A stretch of DNA of 64,000 nt from Candidatus Levyibacteriota bacterium (GCA_013816255.1 JACDET010000001.1:67968-131967); one strand, 5' to 3'. Counted from the first letter of the stretch, positions 1 through 11,015 are shown. Notes: generated from the sequence alone by a model not told the origin. Numbers and translations are program-made.

Positions 1-127
1 GATCTGCTTTGTTATCCCAAAAAAGGGAGACATCATGTTGTGCAGCGAGACATTCAGCAATAGTAAGCATGTATTTCTCTCCACCGCCACCATCATCAAG
101 ATAGGGATCAAATATACCAATTCTCAT
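1..127 (-). CDS. Glycosyltransferase (GT4-like), N-terminal fragment. The gene continues beyond the left window edge.
   Basis: Minus-strand ATG at 127 translates to MRIGIFDPYLDDGGGGEKYMLTIAECL..., which carries the GGxE motif typical of GT4 N-termini. Truncated by the window. Confidence 0.45.
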   Translation of the reverse strand, partial: MRIGIFDPYLDDGGGGEKYMLTIAECLAAQHDVSLFWDNKAD

Positions 128-193
128 TGTTTGATTGTAACAAGTTTTCTACCTCTTGCATACTCAGAATGGTCATGTTAGGATTAAGCTGAA

Positions 194-463
194 ATGAATG
201 AATCACTTCTCGCAAATATTGTCGTCTTCGCTTTCTTTATTTGGACGGTCTTCTGGAAAGGAATTGCACTATGGAGAGCAGCCCATTACCGGCAAAGAAA
301 TTGGTTTGTCGTAATGTTAGTATTAAATCTAAACACCCTCGGCATTATAGAACTCGTCTACCTTTTACGCTTTTCCAAAAAGCGACTAACGCTTGCTGAA
401 GTGAAAACTTGGAAAAATGTGTTTGTTAAGAAAGTCCCGGTTAAGAAAAATAGTACAGATTAA
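194..463 (+). CDS. Small two-TM membrane protein, hypothetical
   Basis: 89-aa ORF with two hydrophobic segments. Weak RBS. Its strand is opposite to the surrounding operon. Confidence 0.35.
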   Translation: MNESLLANIVVFAFFIWTVFWKGIALWRAAHYRQRNWFVVMLVLNLNTLGIIELVYLLRFSKKRLTLAEVKTWKNVFVKKVPVKKNSTD

Positions 464-510
464 TTATATACTACCGTCAATTTATTCTCCTTTTACGTTA
501 TAACTTACAA

Positions 511-1260
511 CTATTTTTGCTTTTGTTGTAATTCCCACAAACGAGCATATGTTATGAACATGCTAAAAGCCTGATAAGCACTTTCGATAAATCCTGCTGT
601 GCCCACTTTATATCCTTGTTGTCTCACATATGAATCATAAAAAGCTGTGAGCATTACCCGGTAAAAGCGCCACCATGCCATTGGTGGATGATCTGCCTTG
701 AGTCGTAGATCTGCTTCGATCTTTGACCATTTAATCGTCTTGTCAACCATGCCTGAAAGATCTTGGTGTGTGTAGTGTTTTATGACACCATCGGTAACTT
801 CGCCAACAGGACCATCGACCCGTGCTGATTCATGGAGTTCGCCATACCATTCTTCTAGTTTGGTTTTCTTAAATAAACGTTCAAGTTTTTCAACTGTTGG
901 CCAGGGGTTATTGCCGAGGTAATGATTCTTTCTTTTTAACTTGTATGCAGAGTAGATATCTCGCTTACTGTCTGCAATCCTTTTAATACTCTCAGTTAAA
1001 TCTGGCGATAAACGCTCATCAACATCAAGATAGAGAACCCATTTACCTTTTGCTTTTTTTAAACCCAAATTTCTTTTTTTTGCGAAACTTTCAGACACGT
1101 ATGAGTAAACAAACGCACCCATATGTTTGGCAATTTCAGGCGTTCTGTCTGATGAATTATCATCAATTACAATTACTTCATCACAAAATGATACTGAATC
1201 AATACAGTCTGCAATAAGACTCTCTGCATTTTTTGAAAGTATAATAGCTGAAATTTTCAT
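511..1260 (-). CDS. Family 2 glycosyltransferase
   Basis: N-terminal IILSKNAE...VIVIDDNSSDRT matches the GT2 signature (DxD / DD). Its start is adjacent to the stop of the downstream flippase gene. Confidence 0.75.
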   Translation of the reverse strand: MKISAIILSKNAESLIADCIDSVSFCDEVIVIDDNSSDRTPEIAKHMGAFVYSYVSESFAKKRNLGLKKAKGKWVLYLDVDERLSPDLTESIKRIADSKRDIYSAYKLKRKNHYLGNNPWPTVEKLERLFKKTKLEEWYGELHESARVDGPVGEVTDGVIKHYTHQDLSGMVDKTIKWSKIEADLRLKADHPPMAWWRFYRVMLTAFYDSYVRQQGYKVGTAGFIESAYQAFSMFITYARLWELQQKQK

Positions 1261-2717
1261 TATTTCGTTTTTTTAATAATTGATACAATATATTTCGTTA
1301 CTTTTTTCAAATCTTTTTGCGCAATTGCCAAAAGAATTCCCATATAAATCGTTCCTGCCACAACCATTTGTACTATGAGTAAGAACCAACTGGTTATAAA
1401 TTGTTGTGTAGCATAGACGCCCAACCCCATGACGATTGCTGCAACTAATTGTTTCCATATAGGACGCACAAAAGAGAAATTAACTTCTTTTTTAACCGGA
1501 TATAAAATCAATAGTACACTTGCCGCAACAACGAATGAAGCCGCAGCTACCCCATTATACCCAAAGTTTTGGATAAATAATACTGTAAGTACCCACGAAA
1601 GAATTGTCCAAAAAACCATATACCGTAATGTAATGTTTACTTTCCCAATTGCATTGAGCACATTGGTTAGTGGTACGGTAATTGAGGCAAATAGTGAATT
1701 AAGAGAAAAGAACATCAGTGCAATGAGCGCTGGCTCCCACTTTTGGTATCCTGGTATAAGGTCAATTAGTGAGGGAGAGAAAGTAATAATTGCTGCAACG
1801 ATTGGAAAGATAATAAACGATATTAAAAAGAGCGATTTCTCTATAACTATTTTTAACGCACCCGGATCATTTTGCAGTCGGCTGTATGATGGAAAAGTAA
1901 CTTTTATAACATTATCCATAACGAGGCGTAAAGGCATAAATGCCCACTTCTGAGCAAATCCTATGTAACCCACTTGTGTCAGTGGTAACAAAGACGCAAC
2001 ATACAGATTTAAGAGATCATCTTTAATGAGCGCTAGTATACTATTTCCCTGAAATGGCGAACCTTTTGAAACAAGATCTTTTATCAACTTTCTTTTTAAC
2101 GCAAATCCGACATCCCATGGTTGTATCCAATATATGAGAGGTAGCCCAATAATACTTCGTAGTAAGATCGCGATAGTAAATGTTGTGACACCATATCCCA
2201 TTATGGCAAAAACAATCAGTGCGATACTGTAGACAAGACTCTCTGCTATTTGTGGGATCACAAGTTTATGAAAATCTAACTTACGCTCGAGAAGCGCTGT
2301 TGGAATGGTTTTGAGTGAAGACAAAACAAATGATGCAAGATATGCATAAAGAACATAAATGCCATCTTGACTAAGATTAAAGGTATTGGCAATTTGTTCA
2401 GAAAATACATATGTAGGAATTACTATCAATAGAACGAGAATTTGCTGAATAGTAAATGTCGTTCGCAACTCTTCAAGGGTTGGTTCTGCTTTTTTTTGAA
2501 TAATCAGTGCCGCAAGTCCGATGTCTTGAAAATACGCGAGGAAAACATTAATGGCTGACACGACGAAGAATACACCAAACATCGATGGGTCAAGATACAA
2601 TGTGAGGACAAAATTACTGACAATTGCCAATATTTGCACAAGAAAAGAACGGGAAACAAGAGCAAACATCCCTTGCACAGACTTTTTAGCAACTACTTGT
2701 AGATCAGTATCTTCCAT
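1260..2717 (-). CDS. Polysaccharide/oligosaccharide flippase (MOP/Wzx-like), polytopic
   Basis: 485 aa and about 12-14 TM segments. Its sequence context within a glycosyltransferase operon matches Wzx-type flippases. Confidence 0.65.
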   Translation of the reverse strand: MEDTDLQVVAKKSVQGMFALVSRSFLVQILAIVSNFVLTLYLDPSMFGVFFVVSAINVFLAYFQDIGLAALIIQKKAEPTLEELRTTFTIQQILVLLIVIPTYVFSEQIANTFNLSQDGIYVLYAYLASFVLSSLKTIPTALLERKLDFHKLVIPQIAESLVYSIALIVFAIMGYGVTTFTIAILLRSIIGLPLIYWIQPWDVGFALKRKLIKDLVSKGSPFQGNSILALIKDDLLNLYVASLLPLTQVGYIGFAQKWAFMPLRLVMDNVIKVTFPSYSRLQNDPGALKIVIEKSLFLISFIIFPIVAAIITFSPSLIDLIPGYQKWEPALIALMFFSLNSLFASITVPLTNVLNAIGKVNITLRYMVFWTILSWVLTVLFIQNFGYNGVAAASFVVAASVLLILYPVKKEVNFSFVRPIWKQLVAAIVMGLGVYATQQFITSWFLLIVQMVVAGTIYMGILLAIAQKDLKKVTKYIVSIIKKTK

Positions 2718-3444
2718 TTTTTAAATCCCACCAAAGGATAAAACTTTCAAAAATTGCCCGCAGGACAACTTGAAAATTTGCGCCACTTTGATCACCATGT
2801 GTTCTGGGATAATGAGTAACACCTACTTCGGCAATCCGCAACTTTTTACGTTTTGCTTTTGCAAGAATTTCAGTTGAAACCATAGCACCTTCAGAACGGA
2901 TGGGCATAATTGTTTCTATTGCTTCTTTTCTGAACATCTTGAAAGCACAATCAATGTCTTTAAAATGTACTCTAAATAGTATAAATACATTAAGTTTCAA
3001 TAAATACATAAGCAATAATCTCTTCAGTAGATTTCTGTCACGACGCTTTTTACGGTATCCAATGACGAGATCTGCTTCCGGAATGCGTTCAACAAATTTT
3101 GTCACTTCCCCAAAGTTAAACTGTAAATCTCCATCAGTAAAAACAATATATTTGTACTTGGCATGAGAAAATCCTGAATTTAGTGCAGCGCCATATCCTC
3201 TGTTTGGTTGATGTGTTACAACCCGAAGTCTTTTGTCTTTTGCAGCTAAACGTTTTGCGATTTCAAGTGTTTTATCTGTTGATCCATCATCCACCATTAT
3301 GATTTCCCATTTCTCAGCAACTTTATTTGCAATAGGAATTGTGCTGGCTACAACTTTTGCTATGTTTTCTTCTTCGTTCCAAAAAGGAAAGAATATTGAT
3401 AACGACGGTAATTTATTTATTTTTACGTTTTTTATTTTTTCCAT
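2704..3444 (-). CDS. Polyprenyl-phosphate sugar synthase (GT2, DPM1/CsbB-like)
   Basis: Motifs MVDDGSTDKT, NRGYGAALNSGF and FTDGDLQF, typical of dolichol-phosphate mannosyltransferase-like GT2 enzymes. Overlaps the next gene by 32 nt. Confidence 0.75.
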   Translation of the reverse strand: MEKIKNVKINKLPSLSIFFPFWNEEENIAKVVASTIPIANKVAEKWEIIMVDDGSTDKTLEIAKRLAAKDKRLRVVTHQPNRGYGAALNSGFSHAKYKYIVFTDGDLQFNFGEVTKFVERIPEADLVIGYRKKRRDRNLLKRLLLMYLLKLNVFILFRVHFKDIDCAFKMFRKEAIETIMPIRSEGAMVSTEILAKAKRKKLRIAEVGVTHYPRTHGDQSGANFQVVLRAIFESFILWWDLKNGRY

Positions 3445-5152
3445 GATGAGAAGTTTTATTTTTTCTTAATAAGATTAAAATTATATATAATAGTATACCA
3501 ATTATGCTAGTTGCAGATAAAACATTACCAAGCATTCTGGCTGGTGTATCAGTATATTTTACCTCAATACTATGATTACCGGAAGGGACATTAAATTGTA
3601 ATAATTTCAGCCTATTGTTATCACTATATGTCACTTCATTCATATCTATAAAGACGTTCCAACCAGGATAACTAAATTGATTGATACGTACTATCCCTCC
3701 ACTTCCACTCACAAAATACTTTTTGTAATGTGGTTTTATACTTTCTTCTTTTAGACGTATATCTCCTTTAATGACTGTGTAACTACTCGTTGCTACTTGC
3801 TCTTTTGTGATATCTATTTTGGTACCAAAGTTTGTTTCTTTTGTTGCAACTCCATTGGGAACATACTCAAAAGCCATAATACTTGTTTTCCACTTAATCA
3901 CATCAAGATTAATGTAATCTGTGTCTGTGACATTTTTGAAGTATTCTTTTGGTGTGAAATAGTCTTTGTAAAAGAATACAGTTCCTATCATAAGGACGGC
4001 AGCTACAATTGCTTTTATTCTTTCTGATTTTATGACTAGCACAAGTGCTCCGACAAGAAACGATGAGGCAAATGCTGTGAATAAGAGAAAGCGCCATGGA
4101 AACTGTATGTATGCAAAGAACTGAAGATTGTCCCATACAAAATCAGAGTGAAACGTCATCATAAACGTTGCTAAAGAAAACATGGCAATAAAAAGAAAAA
4201 GTATTTTCCATGAAGTATTTTTTTTTAAGTATAACCATAAACCTGCGATTCCAGCCAGAATACTACCAATAATATGTACTTTCCCAATTTGGAACGTTAG
4301 ACCATCTTCGGGGCCAGGAAGTGAACCACCATATCCCCAAGCAGAATTCCATAATTGCCTGAGATATACATAGTGCTGATTATAATCTGCCGACTCCATC
4401 GTCAATAATTTAATCATCGTTGTATTTCTTTCAAAAAAAGATGGAATCCAAAATGAAGCTGAAAGCGTCAATCCTATGAGACCGCTTAACGCAACTTGTT
4501 GCATAAACCTTTTTTTCTCTGTTGTTTCCCACAAAAGAAACAATAGATACATCGCGATAAATATACCGCTCATCATCGCGACGAGATTATGCGTGAGGAT
4601 CAAGCATGTAAAGAAAATACCTGAGAGAATGAGATATAAAGGTTTCTTCGTATCTGCCAATTTTTTGTATGCCCAAAAGATTGCCGGAACGAAAACAAAT
4701 GACCAAAACTCTGGTAGGGCTCCCCGGACATACACGTCAACAGCATGGTAAGGAACATACGTATAAACGACAGCCGCGACTAATCCTCCATATTTGCCTA
4801 AGTATTCTTTGGAGAAAATATACATAAAATATGCGGCTAGCAAAAAACCCAAACCGATCATCAATTCTACTGAAGCGATATAGCCAATTCCAAAAAGGAC
4901 AAATACTTCAGCGACATAATACACAAACGGTGGATAGAAATTAAAAAGTGGATACCCATATCCAAAACCTAAATTTTGAGAAATTCTCACGGGAAAGTGT
5001 CCAGATTTTATTGACTGATCAAGTTCGTATAATCTCCCAACTTGCTCATCATCGTGGATGGAAAAAAAACCGGGTTCTAATAATGGGGATACTGACCAAT
5101 AGGACAGAACTATAAGGACAATAACAGGTAAAAATGTAATAAATCGTTTCAT
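3413..5152 (-). CDS. GT-C fold membrane glycosyltransferase (YfhO/PMT-like)
   Basis: 579 aa. Multi-TM N-terminal domain with an HDDEQ acidic motif in the first extracytoplasmic loop, and a C-terminal soluble domain. Directly paired with the upstream DPM1-like GT2, as in the CsbB/YfhO arrangement. Confidence 0.5.
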   Translation of the reverse strand: MKRFITFLPVIVLIVLSYWSVSPLLEPGFFSIHDDEQVGRLYELDQSIKSGHFPVRISQNLGFGYGYPLFNFYPPFVYYVAEVFVLFGIGYIASVELMIGLGFLLAAYFMYIFSKEYLGKYGGLVAAVVYTYVPYHAVDVYVRGALPEFWSFVFVPAIFWAYKKLADTKKPLYLILSGIFFTCLILTHNLVAMMSGIFIAMYLLFLLWETTEKKRFMQQVALSGLIGLTLSASFWIPSFFERNTTMIKLLTMESADYNQHYVYLRQLWNSAWGYGGSLPGPEDGLTFQIGKVHIIGSILAGIAGLWLYLKKNTSWKILFLFIAMFSLATFMMTFHSDFVWDNLQFFAYIQFPWRFLLFTAFASSFLVGALVLVIKSERIKAIVAAVLMIGTVFFYKDYFTPKEYFKNVTDTDYINLDVIKWKTSIMAFEYVPNGVATKETNFGTKIDITKEQVATSSYTVIKGDIRLKEESIKPHYKKYFVSGSGGIVRINQFSYPGWNVFIDMNEVTYSDNNRLKLLQFNVPSGNHSIEVKYTDTPARMLGNVLSATSIIGILLYIILILLRKNKTSHHGKNKKRKNK

Positions 5153-6705
5153 TGTGCAGTATTCACCTGATAAATAACAACGCGTGTTGTCGTCCCATTT
5201 TTTACAAACTCTTTAACCTTTGTAACTGGCCATCCTTTCGGAGCATCACCTGGCCGAGGACAGATACCTCCTGGACATGGTTGGTAAAATACAAAATATG
5301 TCGGAGTAATTTTGGCTTGATCGGAAAGCTCTTGTGGGAAAGTTGGGGTAATTTCCCAATAAAATCCTTTTATAGTTATCTCAGGATTTCGAGTAAGATA
5401 AAGTTCTATCCCCTGAGGATATAGCCCAAATGTACCTTCAGTCGCGACATATATTTTGCTTTTTTGTGCTTCAGATGCAAAGAAGTCAACAACTTCCGAG
5501 AGCCCCCAACCACTTGTCCAAGCTGTAACGTATTGCGATTTATCTGCTTGAGCAATAGGTCCTGTGATAGGATTATGTGCAAAACTTACCGAGACATACA
5601 ATGGATATGCAACTGCAGCGACAATAACAAGTAAGGTGGCGAGATTTCGTGTGAAAGAAGCTTTCCCTACTTTTTCTTTGACTACCTCAATTATATACCC
5701 AAGTCCCCACCCTGCGAGCAAAAGGAGAGGAAGAGTCATAAAGAAGAAATAGCGTGCAAATATTTGATTGGCGATAAAAGCAAATCCTACAAACGGTAAG
5801 AGAAAGTAAAGAAGAAGCATTATTTTTTCTTTGAAATCTTTTTTGATCAATATGAGCGAAATAACGAGTAAGATGATATACGGGAGCGTGAGATACTCCA
5901 CAAGTGGCGGAAGCATTCCATTTAAATTACTTACGACATACGCAAAAGGTTGCTGTATCCATTCACTGAAAGGATGATAAAAGCTGTTGTTTTTCTGGCT
6001 TATGACATTTGGTAAAGGCGAAAGACGCAAGACCTGGTACATGAGTTGTGCGATTATGATTGAAACCAAAGCAAACCCCGCCCACTTCCCAAGCCGTTTC
6101 TTGACAAGTTTTTGCTTCCAGTCAAAAAGAAAAAGTGTTAATGGCAATAAATAAATACTTAAAAGATTTGATGTTTTTGTCAAAATACCGGCGCCTAATA
6201 TGAATCCCAATGTATATGCAATATCTAATCGTACATGCCGTACAAAGACTATCGCCAAATAGAGTGACCATATGAAAAACATCGCCACCATACTGTCATA
6301 GAGCGCCATTCGATCCATAACTTGCGCAAAAGGAGAAGCAAGATATAAAAGCATGGTAAGGAGAGCCACATTAAGTTTCTTAAACAATACATAACTTACC
6401 ATTCCAAGTCCCAACATAGTGACAAATCCTGAAAGGACCGAAACAATTCTTCCTGCAACAAGTGGATCGTCAATAAGCCGTATAAAGGGCATCATTACCC
6501 AGATAAAAAGCGGTTGCTTGCCATCAGTGAGAGAAAGGAAACGGTACGCCGGATCATAGAGACCAGTTTGTGCCCATCTGAGGTAAATTGCTTCGTCGGT
6601 AAAAATAGGGAGTGATGTGAGGTTGTATAGCCTGACTGCAAAATATAAAGCACTCAAAGCAATAACAAGCGTAATTGGAAAAATATACTTTTTAAGCGTA
6701 TGCAT
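5149..6705 (-). CDS. GT39/GT83-family (ArnT/PMT-like) membrane glycosyltransferase
   Basis: FTDEAIYLRWAQ motif in loop 1 (the DE motif of GT-C enzymes). 518 aa and polytopic. Confidence 0.65.
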   Translation of the reverse strand: MHTLKKYIFPITLVIALSALYFAVRLYNLTSLPIFTDEAIYLRWAQTGLYDPAYRFLSLTDGKQPLFIWVMMPFIRLIDDPLVAGRIVSVLSGFVTMLGLGMVSYVLFKKLNVALLTMLLYLASPFAQVMDRMALYDSMVAMFFIWSLYLAIVFVRHVRLDIAYTLGFILGAGILTKTSNLLSIYLLPLTLFLFDWKQKLVKKRLGKWAGFALVSIIIAQLMYQVLRLSPLPNVISQKNNSFYHPFSEWIQQPFAYVVSNLNGMLPPLVEYLTLPYIILLVISLILIKKDFKEKIMLLLYFLLPFVGFAFIANQIFARYFFFMTLPLLLLAGWGLGYIIEVVKEKVGKASFTRNLATLLVIVAAVAYPLYVSVSFAHNPITGPIAQADKSQYVTAWTSGWGLSEVVDFFASEAQKSKIYVATEGTFGLYPQGIELYLTRNPEITIKGFYWEITPTFPQELSDQAKITPTYFVFYQPCPGGICPRPGDAPKGWPVTKVKEFVKNGTTTRVVIYQVNTAQ

Positions 6706-6771
6706 TGTAACTATTATATACTCCTCTTAGTTCATTTTACAAATAGTGTCCTATGCCTCTTGGGCAAATAC

Positions 6772-8016
6772 TTATTTTTTATTGTTCTTTACTCTTCGTG
6801 CAAATTGCACTTGCATGAAAAAGAAATATATACCAACAATAAGAAAAGAAAGACTATAACTTAAAAAGTTCATGTCTGAAAGCTGCTGTGGAATTGGTGG
6901 GTTCCAGTTTCCTGATTGAAGAAACGGCACATAATTTAGTAATGCAAAGAATGAAATCGTGACAGATGGAATAATAATATAATATCTGTGAGAAATTAAT
7001 GCTGCAAACGCTAAAGTATCAATCAAATACCACGGTTGGAAATTGCTTCGTAGTGATTGCGCAATAACTCCTCCTATGAGTAGCATAAGACAAGCTCCAA
7101 AAACATAATTCCAGCGGATTTTTATATGTTGTGATTTCATGCGCTGAACAACCAAAAAAACTGGCAACAAAGCTGCAGTTACAAACTTTATCCCTATAGA
7201 AGCAAAAAGCATTCCGTATGAAGGAATATATTTTTCTTTTACGAAAAAATATATTGCCCACAAAGCCGCACACATCATAACGATATCAATATGAGCACTT
7301 ACAACACTTTCTACAAGGATGAGCGGATTAAGACCAAAGAAGAGTATTCCAAGAACTTCTCTCTCCGGTGCTACTTTTTGCAATATTTTTCCTATGAAGT
7401 AAACACAGCCGACAAAACTTGCAACAATAAATAGCTTGAAAAGTAAAAAGGTAATGAGAAAAATTTGGAGACCAATAAACGATAGCGGCACTGTGAGGGC
7501 AAGCCATACTGGACCATATGGGTACACTCGGTGTGTCCAACGCATAAAAGAAAGCATAGGATCTTGTGGATAATCAAGCGCTTTTTGCATATATGGATTT
7601 TGTCCGTATTCAGTGATGATCTTTGCGTCAAAAATATAATTGAAGATATCATAAGAAAATGCGTTATAAGAAAAAGTCAGCACTATTGTCGCTGTACCAA
7701 TAAGTAACCATGCAAACGTTTTGCTTATTTTCTTTTTACATGCCATACGCAAAAAAGTTATATAGAAAATAAATAATGTGAGTGCTATTGCTATAAAAAG
7801 AGTTGTTGATAGCGGACGGTTGAAGTAACCAATTTGTTGAAATGATTTTACAATCTCTTGAAGACCCTCATTACGTGACAGTGCAAGGCTTAAATCTATT
7901 TGTGTAAATGAATAGAAAAATAGACTGAAAAGCGGTATAAGATAAAAAAAGAATAAGAGTTTTTCTTTAAAAGATAAACGTAGAAAGTGGTTAGGTACAT
8001 GCCGTATTCTGTCCAT
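6772..8016 (-). CDS. Polytopic membrane protein, possible GT-C glycosyltransferase (DUF2029/GT87-like)
   Basis: 414 aa with more than 10 TM segments, in the same operon. No firm motif was recognised. Confidence 0.4.
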   Translation of the reverse strand: MDRIRHVPNHFLRLSFKEKLLFFFYLIPLFSLFFYSFTQIDLSLALSRNEGLQEIVKSFQQIGYFNRPLSTTLFIAIALTLFIFYITFLRMACKKKISKTFAWLLIGTATIVLTFSYNAFSYDIFNYIFDAKIITEYGQNPYMQKALDYPQDPMLSFMRWTHRVYPYGPVWLALTVPLSFIGLQIFLITFLLFKLFIVASFVGCVYFIGKILQKVAPEREVLGILFFGLNPLILVESVVSAHIDIVMMCAALWAIYFFVKEKYIPSYGMLFASIGIKFVTAALLPVFLVVQRMKSQHIKIRWNYVFGACLMLLIGGVIAQSLRSNFQPWYLIDTLAFAALISHRYYIIIPSVTISFFALLNYVPFLQSGNWNPPIPQQLSDMNFLSYSLSFLIVGIYFFFMQVQFARRVKNNKK

Positions 8017-8020
8017 TATA

Positions 8021-8791
8021 TTATTTATATTTACCCGCTAGTACATTCTTTTTAATTTTTATTAAATCTTTTACTCCTTGAAGGGCGTCACGTACCGGAT
8101 TAACTCGACGTGTTTCAACATGGAGCCAATTGACTGGTACTTCTTTAATTTTGTATCTACTTTTTTTTGCCAGATATAATATCTCTATATCAGAACCAAA
8201 AGTAATTGCTGTTCCTTTTATTTTTGTAAAACCATTTTTTATTTTTGTAAGTTTTGTAAAAACGGTATCTGCAGCATCTCCTGTGAATAATTTAAATCCA
8301 CATTGTGTATCAGTAATTTCGGGGATTCCTACCAACATTTTTCTTAAAATAATTGCACTTCGTGAAATAAAGAGTCGAATCCCAGGCGCCCCTTTGCGAA
8401 ACGTACTTCGTGAACCGATCGCAATGTCATATTTCCCACTTTCAAGGTACGGAAGTAGTGTGTTTATCTCTTCAATTGGTGTTGCTTGATCCATATCAGT
8501 AAACAGCCGGTACTTTCCTGTTGCTTTGAGCATACCTGTGGTTACTGCACCTGCTTTGCCATAATGAGGATTTTTGATAAGGGTAAAATACGGATTTTCA
8601 CTAATAAATTTTTCGATGAACGCAACACTTCCGTCTGTTGAGCCATCGTCCGCGATGATAACTTCATATGCAACCTTTTTTCTATCAAGGAAATGCTGTA
8701 CCTTATCAAGCACACCTTTTTGTAAATTAGCCATCTCATCATAACAAGGTATGACTACTGATAAATATATTTCTTTCATGCCCTTTCGCAA
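8021..8791 (-). CDS. Polyprenyl-phosphate sugar synthase (GT2)
   Basis: LSVVIPCYDE...IIADDGSTDGS and the DxD / GT2 fold signature. First gene of the minus-strand operon. Confidence 0.75.
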   Translation of the reverse strand: MRKGMKEIYLSVVIPCYDEMANLQKGVLDKVQHFLDRKKVAYEVIIADDGSTDGSVAFIEKFISENPYFTLIKNPHYGKAGAVTTGMLKATGKYRLFTDMDQATPIEEINTLLPYLESGKYDIAIGSRSTFRKGAPGIRLFISRSAIILRKMLVGIPEITDTQCGFKLFTGDAADTVFTKLTKIKNGFTKIKGTAITFGSDIEILYLAKKSRYKIKEVPVNWLHVETRRVNPVRDALQGVKDLIKIKKNVLAGKYK

Positions 8792-9014
8792 TCAACAATT
8801 ACGTCGACGCGTTCCTTTCTTAGAGTAATTTCTTTATATTCCATATGCTTCGGAGGCATGACCCTTTCGCAGCTTTAGCGAAGAAGGGTCACTCTTGGAT
8901 TATATACCACTGGACTATTACTTTACAAACCTAAGTTACTGCAAATTAGCCTCGCAACAAACAATAACTGGCTTTATAATCAACTATTCTTTATACTTGT
9001 GAGGTAATAAGCCT

Positions 9015-10037
9015 ATGACACAGACCTTTGCGAGCCTTCCACAACCTATTGAAAATGCTATTGTTTCAATTCTCAGTGAACGCGACACAAGTGAATTGGA
9101 TACCAAAGCACATGAACTTCATAACAAATATACCGCTCAAGATAAAGGAAATCACAAAAGTTATTTTCAAGATTTTGAAAGTACGGTCGCGTACCTTGCA
9201 TTACGGGTTCCAGCAACCTATGCACAAAGTTATGCAACGATTGCGAACGTTCACGAACTTGTCCCTTCATGGCAACCGAAAACTATTCTTGATATAGGAA
9301 GCGGACCTGGCACCGCAATTTGGGCAGCAAGCGAAATCTGGCCTTCTTTAACAGATGCAACGGCAATTGAGCAGCATAATTCCCTCGTTTCACTGGGTAA
9401 ACAAATTGCGACGACTGCAGAATTATCTATCGCAACAACTTGGTTACGACAAGATATCCGCGAAGGTATAGATGAAGATGACACAACATATGATGTGGTA
9501 ATTATTGCAAATGTACTCAACGAATTAAGTACAACAGCAGCCGACAAACTCATCGGTCAAGCATTGAATAAAACAAGTGGCGTACTGGTAATTGTTGAAC
9601 CAGGGACACCAGCTGGGAGTGTTATTGTCCAGAATGCAGCGAAAAAACTTGGCAAAGCAGGAAACCTTCTTGCTCCATACATTAATAACACATTCTTCAA
9701 CGACGATAACTATTATTTACACTTCTCGCAAAAGTTCATCCGTCCCGAATTTCAGAGAAGACTCAGACAACAAATGCGGGAAAGCTCTCTCATGGCTTCC
9801 GATTGGGAAGACGCAAAGTACACATACACAATTATCAGTAAACTTGCACCTGAAATAACACCTTGGGGCAGATGTGTCGGCCCAATCCAAGTACAAAAAG
9901 GCTTTCTTGAAATTCCTGTTCTTACCAAAGATGGGATTGAAAAAATAAAAGTTATGAAACGGTATAGAGAGCAATACAATAGTGCAAAGAATGTAAAATG
10001 GGGAGATGTGGTTTCATTGCCTTACGAGCCTCAATGA
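9015..10037 (+). CDS. Class I SAM-dependent methyltransferase, Rsm22-like
   Basis: Motif I ILDIGSGPGTA. DVVIIANVLNEL resembles the Rsm22 family. Confidence 0.55.
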   Translation: MTQTFASLPQPIENAIVSILSERDTSELDTKAHELHNKYTAQDKGNHKSYFQDFESTVAYLALRVPATYAQSYATIANVHELVPSWQPKTILDIGSGPGTAIWAASEIWPSLTDATAIEQHNSLVSLGKQIATTAELSIATTWLRQDIREGIDEDDTTYDVVIIANVLNELSTTAADKLIGQALNKTSGVLVIVEPGTPAGSVIVQNAAKKLGKAGNLLAPYINNTFFNDDNYYLHFSQKFIRPEFQRRLRQQMRESSLMASDWEDAKYTYTIISKLAPEITPWGRCVGPIQVQKGFLEIPVLTKDGIEKIKVMKRYREQYNSAKNVKWGDVVSLPYEPQ

Positions 10038-10143
10038 GGTAAAATAAAACGACGTGTTTGGCCCGTTCGTATATCGGTTAGTACACCAGGTTCTCATCCT
10101 GGGAAGATGGTTTCGACTACCATACGGGTCACAAACTCAGGAG

Positions 10144-10800
10144 TTATAAAAAAGTTTTGTATTTTTCTTCATCAAATTCAGTAAGCCTATTTATCATTAA
10201 GTCTGCAATGCAGAATCTCTTATCATCTTTCATTTTTTCATCAGGTACGGCTACGCATTTCATCTTTGCAGCTTTTGCAGATAATACTCCATTTGGAGAA
10301 TCTTCAAATGCCAAACAGTGTTCCGGCTGAACTTCCAGCTTCTCTGCAGCCGTTATATAAACACCAGGATGCGGCTTGCCATATGGTTCATGTTCCGCAG
10401 AACAAATTACACTTAATGAATCTCGAATTGCAAGTTTATCTAATACGGCATTAATTATTTCCATTTGTGATGATGATGCAATTGCCAGAGGTATATTTTT
10501 GCCACGAAAAAACTCTACTAATTCTTTTACTCCATTTCTTGAAGTGCCTTTTAATTTTACTAATTCAATTACTTTTGCCACAACTTCTGCTTGTACCTCT
10601 TGTTGTGTTGGGGATTCCCAGGGGAAACGGCTGAACCAATACTGGACAACTTCGTCTACTCGTAATCCCATCGTCTGCTTCGTCATTTCGCTTGTTAGGG
10701 GAACAGCTACCTTATTAAAAACCTCTACTTCAGCCTCTTCCCACAAGGGCTCGCTATCAATGAGAAGGCCGTCCATATCTAATATTACAGCTTTAATCAT
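10144..10800 (-). CDS. HAD-IA family hydrolase (beta-phosphoglucomutase-like)
   Basis: N-terminal ILDMDGLLIDSE (DxDG motif I) and C-terminal ED/DS motifs. Confidence 0.8.
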   Translation of the reverse strand: MIKAVILDMDGLLIDSEPLWEEAEVEVFNKVAVPLTSEMTKQTMGLRVDEVVQYWFSRFPWESPTQQEVQAEVVAKVIELVKLKGTSRNGVKELVEFFRGKNIPLAIASSSQMEIINAVLDKLAIRDSLSVICSAEHEPYGKPHPGVYITAAEKLEVQPEHCLAFEDSPNGVLSAKAAKMKCVAVPDEKMKDDKRFCIADLMINRLTEFDEEKYKTFL

Positions 10801-11015
10801 AATCGGAGTATAACAGATTCTAATATCCCAGGGTAGTAAAAGCTGTGGGATGATCAGCTTCAGGTTGAAGAATAATTTTCACTTTCTTAATGAGCCTTGA
10901 AGTTGGTGCCATTTCTGGAATATCTGGGTCACAAGCTGCTATTTAAGCCCTCTTTTGATTATATCTACACCAATCAATACTTTCATAATGCAATGTATTT
11001 GCTCTCATTGTATAA

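Noticed and set aside
1273-4751. Multiple 60-175-aa ORFs on the strand opposite the glycosyltransferase/flippase genes (e.g. 1429-1953, 2900-3166, 3233-3469, 3797-4136, 4182-4373, 4476-4751)
   Set aside because: They are fully embedded antisense to long, motif-supported CDSs in AT-rich DNA. No RBS and no domain signal.
10038-10143. tmRNA-like 5' motif (GGG..GGTTTCGAC..GGG) and a CCAGG-N7-CCTGG hairpin in the convergent intergenic region
   Set aside because: Only ~100 nt are available between two CDSs, far too short for tmRNA (~350 nt). No matching 3' tRNA-like end nearby. More likely convergent-terminator hairpins.
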